DNA of 64,000 nucleotides from an uncultured delta proteobacterium (GTDB taxonomy: Bacteria > Myxococcota > Myxococcia > Myxococcales > Myxococcaceae), in NCBI GenBank assembly GCA_963713045.1, contig CAVQKE010000003.1, positions 512,001 to 576,000 on the forward strand, read 5' to 3'. Every line of letters starts with the position of its first letter. The first letter of the stretch is position 1. Position numbers and translations under genes: made by a program. Of this stretch, positions 57,667-64,000 are shown one piece after another. The notes beneath the pieces are model-generated. The model did not search any database, was not told where the DNA came from, and was given only the letters and a program-made list of their open reading frames with translations.

Positions 57667-58730
57667 TCCTTCACGTCGAAGCGCTTGAGCGCTGTCTTGA
57701 GGTCGAGCGGGTTGATGCCCGACTCGCCGTCGGTGGGGACGATGATGATGCGGGTGCCCTTCAGCACGTCCGCCATCTTCAGCCCCACCAGGTTTTCGGC
57801 CCCAAGGCCCTGGAGGGCGGCGTTCTCCAGCCGGGTGCCTTCTGCTTCGGCCAGCTGGACCGCCAGCTCACCGGCGGCGGCGCGCTTGCGCGTGTAGAGG
57901 TCCGCTTCGGCCTCCAGCTTCTTCTTCTCCCCGTCGCCCCGGGCCAGCTCCACCCGCACCGCGGCCGCACCGACGGCGGCAATCCGGTCCTTTTCGGCGG
58001 TGGCCGTCGCCAGCTCCGCCTCCGCCTTGTTCTTGAAGACGGTTTGGTCCTGAATTTTCCGCTGTTCAATGGCCTGCTGGTAGCGGGCGTCGTAGGCGTA
58101 GGCGCGGACGAAGACTTGCACCACCCGGACGCCGCTGGGAAGCAGCTCGGCGTTCAAGTCCTGAAGCGCCTTCTCCACCCGCTCGGTCCGCAGCTTCACG
58201 TCATAAAACTGCTCGGCGTCCAGCTCGCCCAACCGCTTGCGCAACAGCTGCTCGGCGCGGGGAAAGACGAGCGATTCTTCGTAGAGGCTTCCCGGCCCGG
58301 CCACGGTGATGACGCGGTAGGGGTCTTCGATGCGAAACGCCACCGAGAGGTCCACCGTCACCGTGTAGCCTTCCGACGTCTGGATGTTGAGTGCTGGGCG
58401 CACCGTCTGCTCGGCCTTGCCTCGCTCGCTCGCGTCGTTGGTGAGGTTGAAGAGTTGGATGTCGGTTGGAAACAGGTACATCCGCTCGGTGCCGGGGCTC
58501 ACCCAGTGCACTCCGGGGTAGTACACCTCGGGCAAAATGCCCTTGGTGGCCCCGACGATGACTTGCTTCACGCCGACTTCGTTGGGACGGACGTACACGG
58601 TGCAAAAGCCATAGGCGACAATCAGCAGAAAGAGGGCGCCGAGGACCAGGTACAGCCGCCGGCCACGCGGCGTTCCGAAAATGCGCTGGCTCGCAGCGCG
58701 CAAGTCAACGGGAATGCGGGAGTCTGCCAT
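57663..58730 (-). CDS. SPFH/band-7 domain protein (HflK/prohibitin-like)
   Basis: N-terminal TM, YVRPNEVGV, IQTSEG..V.VDLSV.F, YQQAIEQRK, Ala/Glu-rich coiled coil. Confidence 0.85.
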   Translation of the reverse strand: MADSRIPVDLRAASQRIFGTPRGRRLYLVLGALFLLIVAYGFCTVYVRPNEVGVKQVIVGATKGILPEVYYPGVHWVSPGTERMYLFPTDIQLFNLTNDASERGKAEQTVRPALNIQTSEGYTVTVDLSVAFRIEDPYRVITVAGPGSLYEESLVFPRAEQLLRKRLGELDAEQFYDVKLRTERVEKALQDLNAELLPSGVRVVQVFVRAYAYDARYQQAIEQRKIQDQTVFKNKAEAELATATAEKDRIAAVGAAAVRVELARGDGEKKKLEAEADLYTRKRAAAGELAVQLAEAEGTRLENAALQGLGAENLVGLKMADVLKGTRIIIVPTDGESGINPLDLKTALKRFDVKE

Positions 58731-58744
58731 TTGGGAACGGCACC

Positions 58745-59356
58745 CTACTCCCTAGAGCGCGCCGGGTCTGCACTCCGGCTGGTGGCCGACGGCAATTCGT
58801 CCAGCGGGCCGGGCGCCGCCAGCGGTTGGTAGAGCTCCTGGTGGACTTCGGCGTCGTGCAAGTCCGCAACAATGGCGCGCAGGGTGTTGCGGTGCTTGCG
58901 CTTCAAAAGCCACACCTGGGCGTCGGGAATGAAGGGTGCCGCCAACAGGAAGGCGAAGGCAAACAAGTCCCAGGTGGTGGGGATGGGAATAAAGGGCGCC
59001 TTCACCAGGAAGAGGCCGACGGCAAAACCGGCGGCGGCATAGACGCCGCGGGCCAGTAAGTCTCCGCCCCGCCACAGGCCATAATCCCGCTGTTCCAGCG
59101 CGGTCTGCTTCTGGGCGGCAGCCAGGTAACGGGGCACGGCCACCCCGAGCAGCGTCTCCTGGAGGCGGTCGAAGTAAGCCTGGTCGTCGAAGACTTCCAA
59201 GAAGCGGGCGCGCACGTCGGCCAATTCGGTGGCGAAGACGTCGCGAAGCCGCGACTCCACCTTGGGGGACCAAGGACCGAGGCCCGGCCGGACGCGCTCA
59301 GCGGCGGCGATGAGGACGCCAGCGAGGAAGGGAAGCCGAAAGCGGTCTGGGTACAC
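58745..59356 (-). CDS. hypothetical two-TM membrane protein
   Basis: Two hydrophobic segments around PFIPIP; 14 nt upstream of the SPFH pair. Confidence 0.65.
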   Translation of the reverse strand: MYPDRFRLPFLAGVLIAAAERVRPGLGPWSPKVESRLRDVFATELADVRARFLEVFDDQAYFDRLQETLLGVAVPRYLAAAQKQTALEQRDYGLWRGGDLLARGVYAAAGFAVGLFLVKAPFIPIPTTWDLFAFAFLLAAPFIPDAQVWLLKRKHRNTLRAIVADLHDAEVHQELYQPLAAPGPLDELPSATSRSADPARSRE

Positions 59357-59425
59357 GGAAGGGGCGCCGAGCGTAGCCCAACCGGCGGGCGCTGGGCTTC
59401 AAGCTGGGGCCGCCGACCGCTGTCG

Positions 59426-60523
59426 TCATTCCTTTTCGTGCTCGTGCGGCGGCGGCTTGGCGGGGGGGGGCGGCGGCTTCTTGGCCGGGGGCGGAGCAGC
59501 CTTCGCCGGCGGCTGCTGGGCAGCTGCCTGGTGCGGTGGGGGCTGTGTCACCGCTGGTGGCCGCGACGCAGGCGGCGGCGCTGCCGGAGGCGGATGGGAC
59601 TCCACGGCGGCCGGTCGCATGGCGGGCGGGGGCGGGGCCGCTGGCGGCGGTGGGCTGGGGGGTGGCGCGGCATGGGGCGGCGCCGAAGGCGTGCCGAATT
59701 GTTGGGGGCCCGCCGGGTTGTGTGCTGACGGCGGAGGCGCCGCCGCGTTCCGCATCGGCGGCGGCGGCGCGGACACCGGCGGCGCTCCGTTGGACACGTG
59801 CGGGTCGACAGACATCTGCCGTTGCACCGGCGCCCCCTGCTTGGTGACGCCGGCGGGCGCCACCACCTCCACCGCGCCGGTGCTGGCCGAGGAGCGCACC
59901 ACCATCCCCGGCCGCATGACGGCCGGCGCACTGGCCGTCACCGCAGGCGGTGTGCCCACCGGGGCAGGCACAATGACGCCGCGCTGCGAGCCGGGAGGCG
60001 GCGGGACGAAGACGCCCGGTTGTCCGACTGGCCGGGCGTAATGCCCGACATATTCCGGACGCGGCTTCTGCACTTGAATGTAGACGCCTGGCGGCGGCGG
60101 GACGAAGACGACGTTGGGCTGGCGCCAGAAGCCGGCCACATAGACGACATTGCCGCCGCGCAATTCGTAGTAGGGCTGGGTGTAGACGTAGCCGGAAGGC
60201 GGCGCCACCCAACGGCCGCGGGCCCAAAGCCACTGCCCGTTCCACCAGTGCCAGTACCCGCCCACCCACACCGCGCCGTAGAAGGGCGCTGGCGGTGGCG
60301 GGTCATACACCATCGGCGGGGGCGCATATTCAATGGCCACCGGCGGCGGCTGCCCCACCGGGACCTCGACGTACTCCGACACCGTCACGTCCACCGTCTC
60401 CGGCGCCGGCGGCGGCGCGGGCTGCGGAGGAGGCGGCGCTTGGTACACCACCGGGGCCGGCGTCTCTGTCACCGTGCAGCCGGCGAGGCCCAACACTGCC
60501 CACAAGGCGATGCGTCGCTTCAA
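59426..60523 (-). CDS. proline-rich lipoprotein with WXXGXW (YXWGXW) repeats
   Basis: TTG start after AGGAGG, LAGC lipobox, WVGGYW.W...W.WARGRW, Pro-rich tail. Confidence 0.8.
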   Translation of the reverse strand: MKRRIALWAVLGLAGCTVTETPAPVVYQAPPPPQPAPPPAPETVDVTVSEYVEVPVGQPPPVAIEYAPPPMVYDPPPPAPFYGAVWVGGYWHWWNGQWLWARGRWVAPPSGYVYTQPYYELRGGNVVYVAGFWRQPNVVFVPPPPGVYIQVQKPRPEYVGHYARPVGQPGVFVPPPPGSQRGVIVPAPVGTPPAVTASAPAVMRPGMVVRSSASTGAVEVVAPAGVTKQGAPVQRQMSVDPHVSNGAPPVSAPPPPMRNAAAPPPSAHNPAGPQQFGTPSAPPHAAPPPSPPPPAAPPPPAMRPAAVESHPPPAAPPPASRPPAVTQPPPHQAAAQQPPAKAAPPPAKKPPPPPAKPPPHEHEKE

Positions 60524-60568
60524 GAAGCCTCCTGCAAGTCGCTCCGGTGGACGGTGCGGCCCTTCTCT

Positions 60569-61621
60569 CTATTCAGCGTCCAGCTGTGCGTGTGGATGCT
60601 CCATGCGGGTGAGTGCAACGAAAAAGGCCACCACCAAGGGCCCGGCGAGGATGCCCACCGGGCCGAAGGCGGCGAGACCTCCCAACAGCGAAAAGAAGAC
60701 GACGGCGCCGTGCATCTGCACGCCGCCGCGGATGAAGTAGGGCTTGACGAAGTTGTCGATGGTGCCCACCACCAGCGCGCCCCAACACAACAGAAAAATC
60801 CCGGCGCCGGTCCGGCCGCTGAACAGCAGCGTCACGGCGAGGATGATGGACAGCATGGCGGCCGCCCCCACCGGGATGAATGCGGCGACGAACGTCACCA
60901 TCGCGAAGAAGAGGGCATTGGGCAGCCGGGCGATGAGAAAGCCCACCAGGGCGGCGATGGCCTGCACCGCGGCGGTCAACACCGTCGAGATGAGGAGGGC
61001 GCGGGTCACCTTGCGGAATTCGACCATCAACACCCGGAATTGCCCCGGGGCCAGCGGCACGACGCTTTCCAGCCAGAGGACGAGGTCGCGGCCGCTGATG
61101 AGGAAGAAGAAGAAGGCCACCAACATCAACAGCGTGATGAATAGAAGGTGACCGGTGGCGGTCACCACGCCGCCAAAGGCGGCGGCGGCGCTCTTGCCCG
61201 TCGCGGAAAGTGTGTCGAAGAGTTCCTTCGGGTCGGGCAGTGAATCGGCCATCCTGTCCGTCCAGGGGCGAATGGCAGCTGGGAAGTATTGCGATAGGCC
61301 ATGCGGCCCCTGGGCCAGAGCCTGGCGGACGAAGGCGATGCCTTGGCCGGCCTCGTTGATGGTGACTGCCAACAGGCTCCCCAGTGGGCCGGCCACCGCC
61401 AACACCAGCAGCAACGTCAGCAGTCCGGCCGCCAGGTTAGGGCGTCCCCCCATCCGGCGCGACAGACTCTGCTGCAGCCCAAACAGGGAGCCGGCCAGCA
61501 CCGCCGCCAGGAAGAGCGCCGAGGCGAACGGCAACAGCATGTTGCCCAACAGAAACAGGGAGACCAGCACCAGGGCCACGTAGAAGAGGCGCGAGCCCTG
61601 GGGCGGCGTTGTCGTCGTCAC
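60569..61621 (-). CDS. AI-2E family (PerM/YdiK-like) transporter
   Basis: AFFFFL..G, FIPVG, IDNFVKP, GGL..FG..GI..GP; start set at GTG of VTTTTP. Confidence 0.88.
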   Translation of the reverse strand: MTTTTPPQGSRLFYVALVLVSLFLLGNMLLPFASALFLAAVLAGSLFGLQQSLSRRMGGRPNLAAGLLTLLLVLAVAGPLGSLLAVTINEAGQGIAFVRQALAQGPHGLSQYFPAAIRPWTDRMADSLPDPKELFDTLSATGKSAAAAFGGVVTATGHLLFITLLMLVAFFFFLISGRDLVLWLESVVPLAPGQFRVLMVEFRKVTRALLISTVLTAAVQAIAALVGFLIARLPNALFFAMVTFVAAFIPVGAAAMLSIILAVTLLFSGRTGAGIFLLCWGALVVGTIDNFVKPYFIRGGVQMHGAVVFFSLLGGLAAFGPVGILAGPLVVAFFVALTRMEHPHAQLDAE

Positions 61622-61665
61622 TCTTTTCACTTGGTGGTGGGTGGTGGCTAAAAGGGGGCTTGCTT

Positions 61666-62805
61666 CTATGCGACCGCGCGCTGGAGTACCACCCAGCTGC
61701 TGGCCGCCGCCAACGCCGCCCAGCGCGCAGCCTCCAGCGGCAGCGCCCACCGACGCAGCTCCAACAGTCCCCCGAGGCTGGCCAGGCTGAGCAGCAGCAG
61801 TCCCACCCCGCCCACCTGCCAGGGCAACGGCAGCGCCTGTCCCCACATGACAAGGGCAAAGGCGCCGAGGACGACGAGGGCGAAATTGGCGAAGACATAG
61901 GCGCTGCGGGTCGGCCCGGGGTGCACTTCGTACTTCGCTTCCGAGGTGCCGGGCAGGCCACGCAGCTCTCCCGGCGACCCGAGCCACTCCGGGCGCCAGG
62001 ACGGAGAGGCCACCAGCAGCCGGAGCGCGGCGCCGGCCGAGGGAGCGCGGGCGGCCTCGCCGAAGAGGGACACCCAGGGCTGCACCTGCGCCCACAGGGA
62101 GTTGAAGCTGCGCAAGGGGTGACTCACCCCGTAGACGCAGCGTTCCTGCTCCGGGGCGAAGGTGCCGAAGAGGCGGTCCCAGAGGATGAAGGTGCCGGCG
62201 TAGTTGCGGTCCAGGTATTGAGGGTTGACGGCATGGTGGACGCGGTGGTGGGAGGGGGTGTTGAGGACTGCCTCCAGGGGGCCGCAGCTGCGCACCAACT
62301 CGGTGTGAATCCAAAACTGGTACAGCGTCACCAGCGCGTCCACCACCGCAAAGGGCACCAGCGGGACGCCCAGCACCGCCAGCGGCAGGTAGAAGGGCAG
62401 CACAGTGAGGGGGGACAAAATGGCCTGCCGCAGCGCCACGGCGAGGTTGTAGTCCTCGCTTTGGTGGTGCACCACGTGCACCGCCCACATGAAGTTGACT
62501 TCATGCGACAGCCGGTGCCACCAGTAGTAGCCGAGCTCCACCCCGACGACGGCCAGGGCCCACGGCCACAGGCTGCCCTGCGGGAAGGTGATGAGCCGGG
62601 CCTTCTGGTAGACCAGCGCGTAGACGCCCAACACCGCCGCCGCCGCCAGCACCAGCACCGCCCGCTGGCCGATGCCGCAGCCCAAGTCCGCCAGGGCGTC
62701 CGCCAGGCGGTACACCCGGACGCCGCGGCGATGGGCGACGAGAAGTTCGACCGCGATGAAGAAAAAGAAGGCCGGGATGGCCAGGGCGATGAGGTTGGGA
62801 CCCAC
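61666..62805 (-). CDS. sterol desaturase/fatty-acid hydroxylase family, alkylglycerol monooxygenase-like
   Basis: YYWWHRLSHE, WAVHVVHHQSE.YNL..ALRQ, YQFWIHTE, NTPSHHRVHH, WDRLFGTF. Confidence 0.88.
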   Translation of the reverse strand: MGPNLIALAIPAFFFFIAVELLVAHRRGVRVYRLADALADLGCGIGQRAVLVLAAAAVLGVYALVYQKARLITFPQGSLWPWALAVVGVELGYYWWHRLSHEVNFMWAVHVVHHQSEDYNLAVALRQAILSPLTVLPFYLPLAVLGVPLVPFAVVDALVTLYQFWIHTELVRSCGPLEAVLNTPSHHRVHHAVNPQYLDRNYAGTFILWDRLFGTFAPEQERCVYGVSHPLRSFNSLWAQVQPWVSLFGEAARAPSAGAALRLLVASPSWRPEWLGSPGELRGLPGTSEAKYEVHPGPTRSAYVFANFALVVLGAFALVMWGQALPLPWQVGGVGLLLLSLASLGGLLELRRWALPLEAARWAALAAASSWVVLQRAVA

Positions 62806-62869
62806 GGGACTCCAGGCCCCCGAGTGTACCCAGCCGAAGGCAGCTTGGGCGAGACTGGCTGCCTTCCCG

Positions 62870-63361
62870 ATGAGTAAGGCCTTTACCAAGGAGGGCGAGG
62901 GCGAGGAGGCCCCCGTCGCACGTCCCCGGCCACGCGGCCGCCGCCTTCTCACCGAGGAGGGCCACGCCCGCGCCCGGGAGGAGGTTGAGCGGCTGCGCGA
63001 CGTCGAGCGGCAAGCCCTGTTGGCCGACACCTCGGCCGACGCCCGGCAAAAGCTGCGCCGTGTGGAGGAGCGACTGCGCGAGCTGGCGTCCCTTCTGGAG
63101 GCAGCCGAGGTGGTGCCAGCCCCGACCGAGACGGGGCGCGCCACCTTCGGGGCCTACGTCACCACCGAGGACGCCTCCGGCCAGCGCACCACCGTGCGCC
63201 TGGTGGGGCCGGACGAAGCCAACCCCAAGGAAGGACTCCTCAGCGTGGCCTCGCCGTTGGGCCGGGCGCTGCTCGGCCGACGCCCGGGAGACCTGGCGCT
63301 GGTGGAACGCCCCAAGGGCCCCACCGAAGTCCGGGTGGTGGCCGTCCACAGCCGACGTTGA
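62870..63361 (+). CDS. GreA/GreB-family factor with shortened coiled coil
   Basis: MSKAFTKE, LT..G, FGA.V, LVGPDEA, S..SPLGRAL.G. Confidence 0.85.
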   Translation: MSKAFTKEGEGEEAPVARPRPRGRRLLTEEGHARAREEVERLRDVERQALLADTSADARQKLRRVEERLRELASLLEAAEVVPAPTETGRATFGAYVTTEDASGQRTTVRLVGPDEANPKEGLLSVASPLGRALLGRRPGDLALVERPKGPTEVRVVAVHSRR

Positions 63362-63441
63362 CGCCCGGGCCTCGGCCTCCTTTCCAAAACGTCTGCTGGC
63401 GAACACCTCCGGCGGCCGGCCCACTGGGGTCCAAGGGGAGC

Positions 63442-63504
63442 TTGACGGCGTCCCGGCCCCTTGTTACCGCTGGAAACATTGGATGTTGTCTGCGTCAACA
63501 TCCA
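63442..63504 (+). promoter_or_regulatory. putative sigma70 promoter and palindromic operator of the RND efflux gene
   Basis: TTGACG-17-TACCGC, then TGGATGTTG-N7-CAACATCCA (63480-63504). Confidence 0.55.
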
Positions 63505-63521
63505 GGCCCAGGGGTGGTCTC

Positions 63522-64000
63522 ATGGCTGGTTTCCGCGTCGGAGTGTGGCTTCTTGTGGCAGGGGAAGTCCTGGCGGGCTGTGGCCGCAGCGTGGCGTCCC
63601 CGCAGCCGCCGCCGGCGGCCGGCGCCGGGGTGGCCATCCGCACAGCACCGGTGGTGGAGGGGCGGCTGGTGCGGCACGTGCGCAGTTCTGGCCGCCTTCA
63701 AGGCAAGCAGGAAATGGTTCTCGCCTTCCGCAACGCCGGGACGGTGCGGCAGCTTCTGGTGGACAGCGGCACGACAGTGCGCAAGGGGCAGGCCTTGGCG
63801 ACGTTGGACCGCACCGAGTCCGAAGCGCAGCTGGTGCAGGCCGAGGCCGCCTTCACCAAGGCCCGGCGCGACGTGGACCGGGCCGAAAGGCAAAAGGCGG
63901 GCGGCGCCATCTCGGTGGCGGACTTTCAAAATTTTCACACCGCCCTCGACCAGGCCGAAGCCGGCCTGCGGCAGGCGCGCTACCGGGACGAGGTTGCCGT
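63522..64000 (+). CDS. RND efflux periplasmic adaptor (membrane fusion protein), 3' truncated by window edge
   Basis: Translated by hand: LAGC lipobox, LAFRNAGTV..LLVDSG..VRKGQALATLD lipoyl-like half, then helical hairpin. Confidence 0.88.
   Translation, partial: MAGFRVGVWLLVAGEVLAGCGRSVASPQPPPAAGAGVAIRTAPVVEGRLVRHVRSSGRLQGKQEMVLAFRNAGTVRQLLVDSGTTVRKGQALATLDRTESEAQLVQAEAAFTKARRDVDRAERQKAGGAISVADFQNFHTALDQAEAGLRQARYRDEVA

Noticed and set aside
61622..62488. Long N-terminal extension of the AI-2E ORF
   Set aside because: Overlaps the desaturase gene in another frame; real start is near 61621

Overview
High-GC bacterial chromosome segment with about 58 densely packed CDSs. The gene inventory suggests Myxococcota (inference): a GYF/J-like/PilZ protein, many Cys-rich lipoproteins, a lipoprotein M1 peptidase, double-length UvrA and fused SpmAB. 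I found no rRNA, tRNA, CRISPR array, transposase or integrase. The main feature is a Form I aerobic CO dehydrogenase locus on the minus strand, mocA-xdhC(YHS)-coxG-coxM-coxS-coxL-DUF2182, with the CoxL motif VAYRCSFR. It has no adjacent coxD/coxE, is flanked by two candidate metal-handling proteins, and is divergent from a three-gene transhydrogenase (pntAA-pntAB-pntB). Other notable items: a secreted IPT-collagen-tail-collar protein, a large Cys-containing beta-propeller lipoprotein, a coiled-coil/J-domain/Zn-ribbon protein, tandem GLG1-like Cys-repeat proteins, an SPFH pair, a frameshifted MFS gene, an AGMO-like desaturase, and a perfect palindrome upstream of an RND adaptor gene. All family calls come from motif recognition by eye; no database searches were run.
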